A DNA stretch of 64,000 nt from Amphiscolops sp. MND2022 (taxonomy: Eukaryota), in assembly GCA_964187785.1 (NCBI GenBank), contig OZ076409.1, forward strand, positions 27,592,001 through 27,656,000. The letters run 5' to 3'. The stretch's first letter is position 1, and the number at the start of each line of letters is the position of its first letter. Below the pieces are notes generated by a model, which was given only the letters and a program-made list of their open reading frames with translations, searched no databases and had not been told where the DNA came from. Below, piece after piece: positions 50,181-63,215 of this stretch. A program made the translations under genes and the position numbers.

Positions 50181-50247
50181 ACGTTATTAGCATCTTCAGT
50201 TTGAAGATGCTGATAACGTTTAACGTCAAGCTAGCAGCGTACATCCT
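50153..50247. other. 95-bp near-perfect inverted repeat (hairpin)
   Basis: 26-bp perfect outer stem, 2-nt mismatch, 18-bp inner stem with one G-T pair, 3-nt loop GTT. Confidence 0.9.
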
Positions 50248-50610
50248 TCAAGGATCTTGAAGACTTCAAGGTTCTTTCAGTCGACTGATACTGAGCTCAA
50301 GTTGTCGGCCCCTTCATTGAGTCAAAAATCTGTGGAGGCATTGCTAGTTTCGATTGGCGTACAGTTTATGAAACGCTGCAGTATTCAACAAATTCACCAA
50401 TTGCGATTGAAATGAATAGCCATAAAAATCCCCAAGCATGGAATGCAGAAATGCATTTATATCCTTTCTAGCATCCCATGATTGGTTATTTGATTGCAGA
50501 GTTTTATGCGGAAGCAAAATATTGTTTGAGCTTAAATCAGCTCAAATAATTTCTTGCGCTAATTATTTTCCCGATAAGTGAATGGTATCACCGAAAGGTT
50601 AGTTTCCGAT

Positions 50611-51605
50611 TTTTAGGAGTCGAAAAAATTTTCGACTACTTATGCAATCGTGCTGTTTTTTTTTCTCCCGACCTTTTCATGAAAATTTCAAATTTCTCAA
50701 AAACTGTCCATACGATTTTTATAAAATTTTGCACAGTCATTCTACACCCAAAGGGGCCCCTGCGTGCGCAATGGCATCAAAATCGTATGACTGGGTTGTG
50801 AGAAACATAGCCAAAATTAGCCCAAAAATGGCCGAAAAGCAGCCATTTTTCGACTTTTTTCGATTTTCTCAAAAACTGTCGATACGATTCGAACGAAATT
50901 TTCTACAGTCAATCTACACTATATTAGAGTCCTATATGTGCAATGGCATCAAAATCGTATTGCTGGGATGTGAGAAACTTAGCCAAAATTAGCCCAAAAA
51001 TGGCAAAAAAACAGCCATTTTTCGACTTTTTTCGATTTTCTCAAAAACTGTCCATACGATTCGAACGAAATTTTCTACAGTTATTCTACACCACATTAGA
51101 GTCCTATATGTGCAATGGCATCAAAATCATATGCCTGGGATGTGAGAAACATAGCCAAATTTAGCCCAAAAATGGCCAAAAAAACAGTCATTTTTCGATT
51201 TTTTTTTCAATTTTCTCAAAAACTGTCCATACGATTCGAACGAAATTTTCTACAGTTATTCTACACCATAGTAGAGTCCTATATGTGCAATGGCATCAAA
51301 ATCGTATGCCTGGGATGTGAGAAACATAGCCAAATTTAGCCCAAAAATGGCCAAAAAAACAGTCATTTTTCGATTTTTTTTTCAATTTTCTCAAAAACTG
51401 TCCATACGATTCGAACGAAATTTTCTACAGTTATTCTACACCATAGTAGAGTCCTATATGTGCAATGGCATCAAAATCGTATGGCTGGAATAAGGAGAAA
51501 CATAGCCAAACTTAGCCCAAAAATGGTAAAAAAAGGCCATTTTTCGACTTCAGAAGGAAAAACACCTAAGCCGACTCCTTTACCGCACATGCGGCTCTGG
51601 TTTTT
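50611..51605 (+). mobile_element. Helentron/DINE-1-like non-autonomous element, copy 2, with about five 172-175-bp tandem units
   Basis: 5' end TTTTAGGAGTCG; 3' end CCGACTCCT, CCGCACATGCGG hairpin, then CTCTGGTTTTT. Units start near 50772, 50943, 51115, 51290 and 51466. Confidence 0.72.
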
Positions 51606-51759
51606 CAGTGGAAACAAAAACCAAATCCACAGTTTTAACATATTTACTGAGGAGTTGATACAGCCTGTTTTGTCCTGGTTGTTTTGTCCTAACACTTATG
51701 TGAAATGATCCAGCTGTTAATCTTAAATGAATCTCAATCCAACCTGAGACCGGACCAAG

Positions 51760-53790
51760 GTTTGCTATACATCCATGGTAATTTCCTGAATCCTGAATTG
51801 CTTCGAATCCTGAATAACACTCCCTTGTGACATGCACTACATTGGAAGCATGGATAATCATCCATAGTGCCTTTTTAAATAATTCAAATCATCGAGAATC
51901 AGCAAAGAACTTTTTTCAAACGATTCGATCAACGGATAATCCACGGATAATCCAACGGATGCAAAATGTGACGATCCTTACATTCGACTCTTGGATAATC
52001 AATCAAACAATTTTCAGACAACTCGGATCCTAGATACTTATCTATGATGTGATTAACTACATGCGAGTCATTCGATCCATGGTATTTTCCAATTGCATCG
52101 AATACTGGATAATCATCCTTTGTGGCATTCACTACATTTGAAGCTTGGATATTCATTGGTAGTAATTTTCAGTTATTTCGAACGAAGGATAATCATCCAC
52201 AAAGATTTTCAACTAGTTCGAATCAAGGATAATCATCCCCGAGGATTTTCATCCAATTCAAAGCTTGGATAATTATCCATGGTGACGTTTAACTAATTCG
52301 AATTAAAAATGCTCATGATTACAAGACACAACATTCATGAGCCTCAAAAGCTTATTGAAAATCCTTGAATGCTCCATAAGGGAGATTTCATTGGCCCCTA
52401 ATGTATTTTTTGTATTATTATTACCTATTTGAACTTTTAAAATTTCTGAAAACCTAAAGTTTTTTAATAATTGGTGAAACGGAGGATTATGTATACACGT
52501 AAGGAGTATGTATACACGTAATCAATATTTTGAGCGATTTGCGATCAATTCAAATCTTGGATAATCATCCATGGTTAATATCAAATAATTGGAATCCTGG
52601 ATAGTTAACAAAATAGATTTTTCAGGCAATTTGATTACGGGATAATCAAGCAATGTGAAAATTATACTTTCGAATCTTGGATAACCATCCAAGACGATTT
52701 TTCGATACTACGAATCATTGATACCTATCAGTGATGAAAATCATTACATTCCAGTCATAAATAACCATCCATGATTTTTTCAATTGTTGTTAGCTAATTT
52801 TCATTAAAGCATTCATTACATTCGGAGCATAGATAATTATCCAAAGTAAAATCTAGTTATTTCGAATCCTGGACAATCATTCATAAATATTTTCAACTAA
52901 TTCAAATCATGGATAATCATCTATTGTGATTTTCAACTGATTCGAATCATGACTTATCAGTCATGGGAACTTTCTTTTAATTTTAGTTCTGGATAATCAT
53001 CTCCATCAAATAGGATTTCTCTATGATGACATTCATTACCTTCGAGTCATGGATAATCATCGATAAGAATTTTCAATCGTTTAGAATTGGGGATAATCAT
53101 CCATGGTAATCTCCATTGAAACGGAAATCTGCATAATCATTGATGATGCTATTCAGTTATTCATTATAAAATTCGAATCATGATAAATCATTTTTAGTAA
53201 TTTTCAACTTTTTCGAATTCTGGATTATCATCCCCAATTGTTTCTTTCCAGAGTAACTTCCAAGGTATCTCCCTCGACAATCATTCATAAAAATTTTCAA
53301 CTAATTCAAATCATGGATAATCATATATTGTGATTTTCAACTAAGTGATTCGAATCATGACATCAGTCATGGGAACTTCCTTTTAATTTTTGTCCTGGAT
53401 AATCATCTCCCTCAAAAAGGATTTTTCTGTGATGACATTCATTACCTTCGAATCATGGATAATCATCCATAAGAAATTTCAATCGTTTCGAGTTGTGGAT
53501 AATCATTCATGGTAATCTCCATTAAAACGGAATTCTGCATAATCATTGATGATGTTATTCAGTTATTCACTAAAAAATTCGAATCATGATAAATCAATTT
53601 TAGCAATTTTCAACTTTTTCGAATCCTGGATTATCATCCCCAATTGTTTCCTTCCAAGGTAACTTCCAGGGTAACTCCCAACTAATTGCAATTCTTTGCG
53701 ATCATCCATCCTTAAATTGGAAATTTGCATACCCATCCATGATTATCTTCAAATAATTCGAGTCCTGGAATTTCATCTATGATGGTACCA
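51760..53790 (+). repeat. Degenerate ~42-bp satellite (TTCGAATC.TGGATAATCATCC) with a ~400-bp higher-order duplication
   Basis: Many ggataatcatcc variants. The block ~52872-53260 is repeated at ~53276-53670. Confidence 0.85.
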
Positions 53791-54329
53791 TGCCCGAATG
53801 CATGAATGGAATGAAGGACTACCTTCAACCGTCACAAACTCAAAAATTCACTTATTTGCTCACTCAACATTCATGAAACCATCAGAAGGTGAAAAACGAC
53901 GACTGGCTTATCCGGTCCCCAAGTAATTTAACATTTACGTGCAAATAAATACAATTCACAGTTTTCCTGTCATGAACCATCGATTTCTACAACTTGGTAG
54001 TTTTATCAAACATTACTGTGAAAGGATTGAAATTCACGACAACGACCATTATCGTTGGTGATCATTTTTACTAAAAGTGTCGTTTAGTAAACATTTGGAA
54101 AATTTTATTCACCATTGTAAAATTATGGTCCCCATGGTTACAAGATGCAACCATTTGGTGATATTAACATATGTAGTGTGGACCAATTACTAATTGCTCG
54201 AACTAGTGTGTAGCAGATGCGAATTTACCTTTACGTGCAGGTATATGATGATTAACGACAACTACAACAAGAAGTTGTATTGTGCTAAAATCAACACCTG
54301 AAGCAATAACCAATCAAAATGCAGTTACT

Positions 54330-55800
54330 AACAACGCATTTTTTTCAAATGTCTCCAAACGGTTCCCCCTTCATTTTTTCCTATTTTTCCAAAGAATGGA
54401 TGTTCAAAAACTACCAAATGCCCCCTTTTACATTTGTCGGCACTATGCGACTTACCGAGGACCCAAAAAAATTCAAAAAATTTCTCAAAAAAAATTAATT
54501 TTTTTTTCTATTTTTCCTTCACGTGGGTTTTGTAGAAGAGAATACCTGACACATTGAAGTCCTTTTGCTATTTTTGAGCCTTAGATATGGCGCCGACTTG
54601 GGCCGTTCCCGGCTTGTTATTATTCGGATTCTTCAGAGCAACCGGAAACTCCAAAAATCATACGAGAGAAGATTTGAACAGACCTTTCATATGATAACTT
54701 TGAAATCTTTTTTTTTTCAAATTGTACTGCCTTTGTAATGAAAAACAAATTACAAAGAAACTCCCCTTTTTAAAACAGAACATAAAAACAAAACTGTCAA
54801 ACTTTTTTTGACACTTTTGGTTCTCCAGACGAAAACTTGCTAACGGGACAATTGTTCTCTTCTTCAAGTGCCAAAAAACTAAAGTGGGGACGCCTTCTGG
54901 AAAATTGAACTTTTCGACAAAAAAGGTGCATATATCCAAAAATTTAAATTTCACTCAAATTCCGACGGCGACTAAAAGTAGCGCCGTGCCTTCAATAACT
55001 AAGTTTTGTTTTATGGTCCATTGTATGCACCTTTTTGACCGAGCCCGGTCGGCACTTCATGAAGTGAAACGTGTCTATGCTAGCGACTTTTTTGCAATCC
55101 ACAGGAACTGACCGAAAAAGTTCTACCAAAAATCCTACAAAAGGGGTACTATTTGGCCCATGGAGCTGAGAACTATAGTAGTTATTCCTTTTTCAGCGTA
55201 ACAAGCAAAACTGGATGATACTAGTCCCCCTTTCAATTTTTCGGCGCTGAGACGTTTTTCCAAATGTTTTCAATGTCTCCAAAGGGTCCCTCTTCAATTT
55301 TTTTTGAATATTTTGCAACAGAATGAATGTTGGAAAAGCACAAAGGGTCATCCCTGTTAGCGCACCAGTTCGGTTTTTTTGGGTACAGTGAAAGAGAATA
55401 CTTGACACTTTGAAGTCCTTTTTCTAGAAGTCAAAACGTCCTCAGTAGTCAAATATTGTGTTAATGAATTCGGCGGGTTTTCAAACCCACGAAAAATTGT
55501 CGGAAATTTGCACTAAAAAGTCAAACAAGTCGGCGCCATATCTAAGGCTCAAAAATAGCAAAAGGACTTCAAAGTGTCAAGTACTCTCCTCTACAGTACC
55601 CAAAAAAATTTCCAAAAATTTTTTGAATTTTTTCGAAGTTTCTGGTAAGTCGCATTGTACCGAAAAATGTAAAAGGGGCCCTTTGGCTGTTTTTCAACAT
55701 CCATTCTTTTGCAAAATAGGAAAAAATGAGGGGTGGAGCCTTTGGAGACATTAAAAAATTGCGAAAAAAGTCTCACAAAGCCGAAAAAAATCTACACAAA
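54330..55800. repeat. Fragments of a second non-autonomous, Helentron-like repeat family (~54330-54620 plus, ~55225-55425 plus, ~55525-55800 minus)
   Basis: tgaagtccttttgctatttttgagccttagatatggcgccgacttg at ~54555-54600 is present inverted at ~55527-55571. The plus copy ends in a GCCG..CGGC hairpin followed by TTGTT. Confidence 0.6.
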
Positions 55801-55805
55801 AAAAT

Positions 55806-55852
55806 TGGTCAAGGGCGGGACTCGAACCCATGTCTTTCCGCTTGGCAGACCT
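55806..55852 (-). pseudogene. tRNA-like 3' half (Gly-GCC-like anticodon loop, T-loop, terminal CCA); tRNA-derived repeat fragment
   Basis: Minus strand reads GTCTGCCAAGCGGAAAGACATGGGTTCGAGTCCCGCCCTTGACCA. No D-arm or 5' acceptor strand is recognisable. Confidence 0.45.
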
Positions 55853-56710
55853 CAAAAAGCCGTAACTTCTATGCCAGTGTGGTTTAGTGTTAGTGCCAGA
55901 CAATGTTAGTGCCAGACAGCAGTGTTAGTGCTTACTTATAAAATTTATAAAATCTGTCAGTTCGTTGGTCTTAAAAAAAGTCACTACTATAGTCTGCGTT
56001 TTTCTTCGAAAAGCGCTGACTAAAAAAAGAAAGTCACTACTATAGTCTGCGTTTTTCTACGAAGAAGCGCCGACTAAAAATCGTGCTTCTGTACCTTATG
56101 GGAATTGACTTTCATTGAAATCTTTTATCATAACGTTTATGCTGTCACAAAAGATCGGATGTAGCAGTTTTTGTCGTTTTTGGTGTCTTTGAACTCGGTG
56201 ATGGTTCGAGTTTATCCAGTGATGATACTTTCAGCCTCAAAATTTGAGTCACGAAAATTTTGTGAGATACCGCAAGAACATATGTTTCACCTTTTTTCGG
56301 CACTATTTTTGGTTATTCTCCAGTTTTTGAAAAATCTCCTTGCTCAAGAGAGATTTTGCGCAATGTATTTTTGGCATTTTGAGTATAAGATGACACGAAA
56401 ATATTAAACATTTGAACCATGCATCCGTGAAGTGGCTATCAAATATGTAAGAAATGACCTGGTTGAATTCTTGCAATTTCTCTTAGGTGAATTGAATATT
56501 GTTCAACCTAGTAATTGTTTTTGTATTCCCCTCTATGAGTTTCTGCTACATGATGCATCGTTTCCTCCTATTTCTTTATTTCTTTATTTTCAAACTCACT
56601 TCTCCGTATACAAGCCAGAAACAATTTTTTTTGTTAGCGAATTCCCAACCTGAAGCCTCAAACAGCTTTTTGCATAGACTCCCCTGAAGACTCCCACAGA
56701 CGCTCAGACG

Positions 56711-57553
56711 ATGGATGCTTTATTCCGTGAGTATCATTTCTGGACAATTGGTCCTGTGATGTCAGCAGGAATGTCTATTTTTGCAGTCACCACGGTGTAC
56801 GCTAAAGCGAGGCATCCCAGAACTCCCATCGGGAGATACAACAGCAGTGACCTTTGTATGTTCTACCAATTGTGGTTGCATGTAATTGCTAACGTCATAT
56901 TTGTAGCTTTTTCTGTCCCACAAATCCACGAGTTTTTACCTTGCTTTGCACGTAAATGGCCTATTCTTTATGTTGGGGTAACATTACTTCTTTCGCAATA
57001 TCCGTGCGTCCTAGATTGCGCAATTCGAACCAATGACACCCCATTCTACGAACAATTCCATTCCGTCAGTCCCTACACCCATCTCCTCATGATTGTACTT
57101 TGTACATGGGTCCCGTTATTCGCCACAATTTCTTTGTCGGCATATTTCCCTCAAAATGAACTCAATTCAAACATTTGTGAGTTCGTAGCAGATACTGAGA
57201 CACCTTCTTTCTTCTTCTTGAGTCTCAGATCGCTGTTCCTGCTTTTTGTGGTCTGGTCTTACGTTTACACAATTGCCATCATCATCTTTCGAAACAAAAA
57301 CATCCCAAACTCTACCATCAAGCACTTCAACAGAGTGCTTCTGGTCCGGATGCTGGTTCTACTGCTGCTAATTGCAATAACTCTAGTATCGATGAGGTAT
57401 TCCGATCCGTCATTGGCAGTTATAGAAGCTCGCTTCGGGCTGGGCTGTTTATTCTACACTCTGGGTGATGTGATTGCCGCACTTCTCCTACCGCCATGGA
57501 AACCGTCCATCATTTCTATCTTGACTCCATTCAAACCAATGACAGGGGCCTGA
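56711..57553 (+). CDS. Intronless multi-pass membrane protein, divergent 7TM/GPCR-like (280 aa)
   Basis: About seven hydrophobic segments, a Cys before TM3 and in the putative ECL2, LDCAIR at the DRY position, Trp in TM4, and SY in TM5. Confidence 0.55.
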   Translation: MDALFREYHFWTIGPVMSAGMSIFAVTTVYAKARHPRTPIGRYNSSDLCMFYQLWLHVIANVIFVAFSVPQIHEFLPCFARKWPILYVGVTLLLSQYPCVLDCAIRTNDTPFYEQFHSVSPYTHLLMIVLCTWVPLFATISLSAYFPQNELNSNICEFVADTETPSFFFLSLRSLFLLFVVWSYVYTIAIIIFRNKNIPNSTIKHFNRVLLVRMLVLLLLIAITLVSMRYSDPSLAVIEARFGLGCLFYTLGDVIAALLLPPWKPSIISILTPFKPMTGA

Positions 57554-59799
57554 GAATGAGGTGAGCCATTCCCAAAACGCGAATTTTTTACCAAGCAATA
57601 CCCTGAATTTATCACTTTTCCAAAATTCCAAGATCTAGAGCACAAAATTTAGAAGAAAATAAATGCGATGGGAAGTTTTTCTAATGAAGTTGCTTTGAAG
57701 TCCTTGAAATCCTAATGCCAACTCATATTTGCGAGTTGTATTCTTTATAGTTTTCATAGAAAGGAATAACATTGTTTGAAGAGTCAATTATTGTAAGTCT
57801 GATTTTTATCGAGTCATAGTTCAAAGTAGTTTTGTATCGATTCGTAACATTTGACACTTTTCGAAACTCCATTCGAATTGACAGAATTAATCGAATTAGC
57901 TCAGCGATGAATTGTAAAAAAAAATTCTACTGTCGCATTTTGTGTACCATAAAAGTTTCATTTGATTGTCAGGAACAAAAAATGTTCCCATTTTCCGTTA
58001 GTTCTGCTTGAATTCTACCAATGACATAACTTTATGTATAAAATGTTGTTATCAAGCACACCTTGCGTTTTGTCGTCATCCCCCCTGACAAAAACAGATA
58101 CTCCATAAGCTTGATTGGTGGGTATTATTTGGAATGACCAGCATGTTTCAGGAGAGTAATCCATTTTCCTTTTTAGAGAATTATGTCAGTTTCAAGAAGT
58201 TTCTGCTGAAAAGGGCTGAAAAGTTACTTTTGTTCCAGGGCCTCTGCCATCTAACGTTCCGAATTGAAAACCTGCCGAAGTTTGGTCAAATGAACCGATT
58301 CAATCTAATTGACAGCGCCTCTAATCTGATTACGAAGTATAACGCTACCCTGCATCGCAGAAGAGATACGGTGAGCCCTTTTCTTCGCTTTAATGATACA
58401 GATACTTGAAAAAGTCTCAGAGTGCCAAAAAACCCAGAATGGGACCCTTTATGCTTGAAAGGGACTTTTATAACTGATGACTACGGACTACAAAAAATGC
58501 CACCTATTTTCACCCAGTGAAACTATTTTTTTTGTTTTTTTTTGTCTAAAGAAACTAAATAAAGTCACACCAAATATGTCGAAAGATCCAAAGGGTTCCT
58601 TTCGGTCTCGTTTAGTTTCGGCCCTGCGCTGGTTTCGATCGGGCAATTCTTTTTAATCTTGGCTTCTCACGATATTTTTTCAAGTCTTCAACCTGCTGTT
58701 TTGAATGGTGCTGACTGCAATTCTCGCGATTATTGAACAGAAACGTTTTATTCATTGCGACAGCGCTGTTAAAGAACAACCGTTTTAGCAATCCTTTATT
58801 TGCTAAAAAGCTGTCAATTGTCGTACCACTTGAGTTATTCTTCCTTTCAACTGATAACACTGTTTCCTGTCTTTCTTCTTTCACTTTTACGTAATTGAAA
58901 CAAGAAAATGTCGGATCAAAGGTATCTTCCTTTTGATATCGATTGAAGTAAGCATCAGAACCTTGGTCGTAGAATGAAAAAGGTACAGTCGCATGAGAAT
59001 TCAGTCTCCGAACAATCTTCGTTAGCCCAAAAATTGCTAATCAAAATCCGATCAATATTGTATATGTAAATTGTCTAATATACTATATTCAATATTCGGA
59101 AACGAGACCGTCGAAAAAGGTTGTTTCATGTCTGATAAACTGAAATTTCAAACAAGCAAGTAGCAAGTATTGGAGTTCGGTAAGAAACATTTCTGTTTGG
59201 TGCAATTGCTATCACAACTCCACCCACTAATCCCCGCATATATTTATAATTTGTGACAGTCGGTAAATTACTTTGTTCAGCTTTTTCTTGAACAAAATGT
59301 TTTTCGAACAAGACGCCCTCGAGGAGCATCGTGTTATTTTGGGCCATGAAATAGTTTAGAGACAACATGTAGGGTTATTTCACATTGTAGGGACAAGTTT
59401 AGTTTTTGTTGTAGTCATCGAATAAGTCAAAACAGTTAGAAAAAATTAACTTTTGATATTCGTAGTTTATTTCAGACATATTGTTTTACAGATACTGGGA
59501 TCTTACTTAGAAAAATATGTTTATAGCTTACCCGTACTGAGGTCCCATGCGATCCCATGCATGGTCATGTCACTTTTAAGCATGGAATTGCATGGACCAT
59601 GCATGAACCATGCATGGCCATGCATGGTTTTGAGGGGAAAAGCAATCGCAAAAACGCCCGAAAACGACTTCTAGAAAGGCAATGAAACACCTGGCTTAAT
59701 TAAAAACTTATCTATGGCCTTTTCTGAGATGAAAAAAATTCAGTAAAAATATTCAATTCAAAAACAATGTTAGAAATGTGCCTTCAGAGATTGTGCAAA

Positions 59800-60395
59800 A
59801 AGCATAATGGGGGAAAGCCACAGGACCTAAAATTAGGAACTTGACGAAACTTCTTATACACAATCCTCATAAAATGTAGAACAATTGTGGAAAGTTTGAG
59901 CGAAATCGTCTCGATAGTGCTTGAGATTATAATGAATTTGAGATGAAAAATCGCAATTTCTAACACTTTTTCAATCATTTTTGGCTATTTCTCAGATCCT
60001 ATGAATAGGAAGTTGATGAAATTTTATACACACGATCCTCATAAGGTGGACAATAATTTTGGAAAGTTTGAGGGTAACCATGTCAATAGTTTTTGAGAAA
60101 TTAGATGAATTGCGATTAGGAAAATCGTAATTTTTGACATATTTTTTTGAACATTTTCATCTATTTCTCAGGACCTAAAATTAGGAACATGACGAAACTT
60201 CTTATAAACAATCCTCATAAAATGTAGAACAATTGTGGAAAGTTTGAGCAAAATCGTCTCGATAGTTCTTGAGATTATAATGAATTTGAGATGAAAAATC
60301 GCAATTTCCAAAATTTTTTCAATCATTTTCATCTATTTCTCAGGACCTAAAATTAGGAACTTGACGAAATTTCTTATACACAATGTATACAATCT
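59800..60395 (+). repeat. ~170-175-bp tandem repeat, about 3.5 units
   Basis: caggacctaaaattaggaac.tgacgaaacttcttata at ~59821, 60168 and 60341, with a diverged unit at ~59990. Confidence 0.85.
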
Positions 60396-60919
60396 TACCG
60401 AGAAAATTCCTTTGGGGCGATGAGTTGAAATAATTTTACTATCGTGAACATTCATTATTCATGGATCTGTAACGTCCGGCAGTCGGCGTTGCAGAAGTTT
60501 TAGAAAATTTCGATCAAAAATTCGAAATGTGCGACATCAAACAAGCACATTCAAGATGGCCGACCCGGCAGGTATGAAAACCGTAGAGGAAGCAAAAATA
60601 AAGGCAAAACACGCCCAAAAAGACCCAACCCACCACCCAGGAATGAGAATGTCCGAGATGTCATCACCCAAAAGGCGTGAGAATCAGGAATTCGGCCATC
60701 TGACAGCAAAAAGACAGGGTTTTGGCAGAAAAGTGCCAAATGAGACCATTGTGCCCCGAAGATGAGGAATGATGCCAGAGGCAGGAAGCCGATGATCGCC
60801 ACCGAACTGTAACTGTATACTTTATTGGGGCCTATCCCCACCTACTTTGACTGTTTATAGCGTATTTGGATAATGTTTGACCTACTAGGGCCTCATTTTA
60901 GTCCTTATTCACCAATATA

Positions 60920-61220
60920 ATGTATTTCAGCTAGACACCCTTTTGGACCTCGGAAGTATGTAGGAAGTCGTAGGAACGTGCTAGAAACCTTAGGATACGT
61001 TTTTACAGGCTTGTGGGGCGTGTCCGGACTTTGAGAGTGCCGGCACGTCGCTTCGGAGCTCTAACTAGAGGAGCCTCCTTAGACGTTAGAAAAGTCCCCC
61101 TTGGAGACCATTTTGGGATCAAAAACTAGTGTCTAGGTATGTAGTAAGACAACGGTCTCCTGTTTAAGCATCCTAGGCATTGTCCCTCTTCCTTGATGTG
61201 CGCCGCTAGCCGGACGTTAC
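60920..61220 (+). repeat. Dispersed repeat, copy 2 (homologous to ~49880-50180)
   Basis: Shares the blocks ttttggacctcg..agtatgtaggaagtcg, ctttgagagtgccggcacgtc, ggagcctcct and aaaaactagt with copy 1. Confidence 0.8.
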
Positions 61221-61789
61221 ATCTGGAATAGTTTTTATGGCGACCACAGAGGGATATTTTTCCTTACCGCGTCCTGCGAGGAGCAACTCCTGCTTTCTGG
61301 CCCCGAAGGGTCCAGATCTAGGAAAACATTTTGGAGAGTCCTAGATTATTTTTATTGCCTTAACCAAGCCTTTTAGGCTTTCTTCTAGCTGAATTCCTGC
61401 GTTTCCTGCATGTTTCCGAGGTCTGGAAAGAGAAATAACTGATTTACGGCAAAGTACCGTTTTGACACCGTTTCTGCTTACCGAGATTAACCATCCGGCT
61501 TAACCGGATTCTGTTTTAAAGGGTTTTGTAGTCTCATTTCAGCTTAGTTGTAATGTATTGGGACTGCAGGGACGTGATGTGAGCGCCTCCACTAGCTGTG
61601 ACGATGGTGCGACGTCCTTCACGGCAACACCCCATTGACCCACTGGTGGATCACTACGAATCGGCTGGGTTACAATCTCTTTTTTTGTTTTTATGGCTTT
61701 AAAAGCCTATTCCCAGGCGTACTCCCATTAGTAAGAACTGAGAAAAATACCCACTGGGTATTCCGATAGTTTTCTGAAAAAATATAGCG

Positions 61790-62490
61790 AGCTAGCCATA
61801 ACACCCTATATAGCTCAAATATCGATTTGGTCACTTTTAAAAGTCGAAATTTTTCAGAAGATAGTACGGCCAGTGGGAATACAATAGAAACGTTCCATTA
61901 GACCTATCAGGTCAGGAACAGAAAAATTTGTTTAGCTAAATTGTCAAAAACACCGAAAACTTTAGCGATTTTTGTTTGAAAACGTCAACTTTGGACTTTG
62001 AGACGAAAAATGATGAGGGCGAAGCCTTGTTCGTTTTTCTCAGAGCATTGCGAGCCACCTAAAATTCTTTTTCCCGAGCCAGATATTAGAAAACGTTATC
62101 GTCAAGCAGTTTTTTGAGGCCCTCCAATGAAATATTGAATAAGTTACTAGCCAATTTTAATTTTCATACAATAGCCACTTATTGGTCATCATTAGTTACA
62201 AAAGCCAAAATTTTTCAGAAGAAGGTACGGCCAGTGGCAATACAATAAAAACGTTCCACTAGACCTATCAGGCTAGGAACAAAACTTTTTAACCCGCTAA
62301 TTTACTTGAAAACAAAAAAAATTAGCGATTTTTGTTTGTGAAGACCCAAAATGGCCTAACAGACCAAATGTGGTGAGGGCGAAGCCTTGAGCGTTTGTTC
62401 CAAAGCTTTCAGAGCTGCCCAAAAACATTGTTCCCGAGCTTGGTGGTACAAAACACTACTGCCAAGACGTTTTTTACCCTTCCCCAATAT
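61790..62490 (+). repeat. Diverged ~360-bp tandem dimer
   Basis: ttttcagaaga..gtacggccagtgg.aatacaata.aaacgttcca.tagacctatcagg at ~61851 and ~62212; gagggcgaagccttg at ~62015 and ~62375. Confidence 0.8.
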
Positions 62491-62929
62491 AAATTAAAAG
62501 TTTAACCCTTGACATTCTATTGTTATACATAGACCTGAGTAGAGGACCCCATAGACCTGAGAGTTATAACATCAAAACTAATAATTGAAACAATCCCAGT
62601 CCCGTGAATAAAGTTATTACACCTTATTACGTTACGTTTAGAACTATCCCGAACATCTGAGAACCGAAGAATAAAAAGTTCCTAGGGAAAATACGTGTTT
62701 TTCATAGGTGTTCCCAGAGTGTCCAAGGTGTAACCTAAAATCAATTTTGAGAGACCTTATTTGGAACCTGCCAGGTTTCGCTCGCCTATTTTCTGTTAGT
62801 AGAGAGTACTAGATTACTAACGCCGAAAACCGCGAGTGATTCCAACCAGTGGTTGTTGAGAAATAGCCCAAAACGTGCTATTTTTGCGACCTTATCGGAA
62901 CATCATTACGATACACGTACCGGTAAGCT

Positions 62930-63215
62930 GCCTTTAGTCAAGCAGCGTAATCTGAGTAAAATGGTAAAATGGTCATTCAGCGTAAGTTAGTCAAGACGGT
63001 CTATGCTTCAACGGTGTAGCAAAATCAACGCGCGTAATGGAAAATTGTGTAAGTTAGTCAAAACACGTAATTAGAAAAAAGCGGAAGTTAGTCCAAAAAT
63101 ACTCTTTTTCGTAAGTCAGTCAAAACGTTGACTAACTTCCACTTTTTGCAAATTGAGGGACTCCTATACTTCCGAAAAGTGGAATGTGGTCAAAGTTTTG
63201 ACTAACTTACACCAT
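62930..63215. repeat. Direct and inverted GTAAGTTAGTCAAAAC motifs (foldback/MITE-like)
   Basis: Direct copies at ~62982, 63049, 63085 and 63111; inverted ttgactaactt at ~63128 and ~63198. Confidence 0.6.

Noticed and set aside
50642..51708. Repeated short ORFs MASKSY.WDVRNIAK (also at 31851-32454 and 48651-49147)
   Set aside because: They are translations of the 172-bp tandem repeat and change frame from unit to unit.
55806..55852. Functional tRNA-Gly gene
   Set aside because: Only the 3' half is recognisable and it is embedded in a repeat.
58612..59368. Possible minus-strand host exons (ORFs 58612..58884 and 59126..59368)
   Set aside because: No recognisable domain or convincing splice structure, so a gene call cannot be supported.
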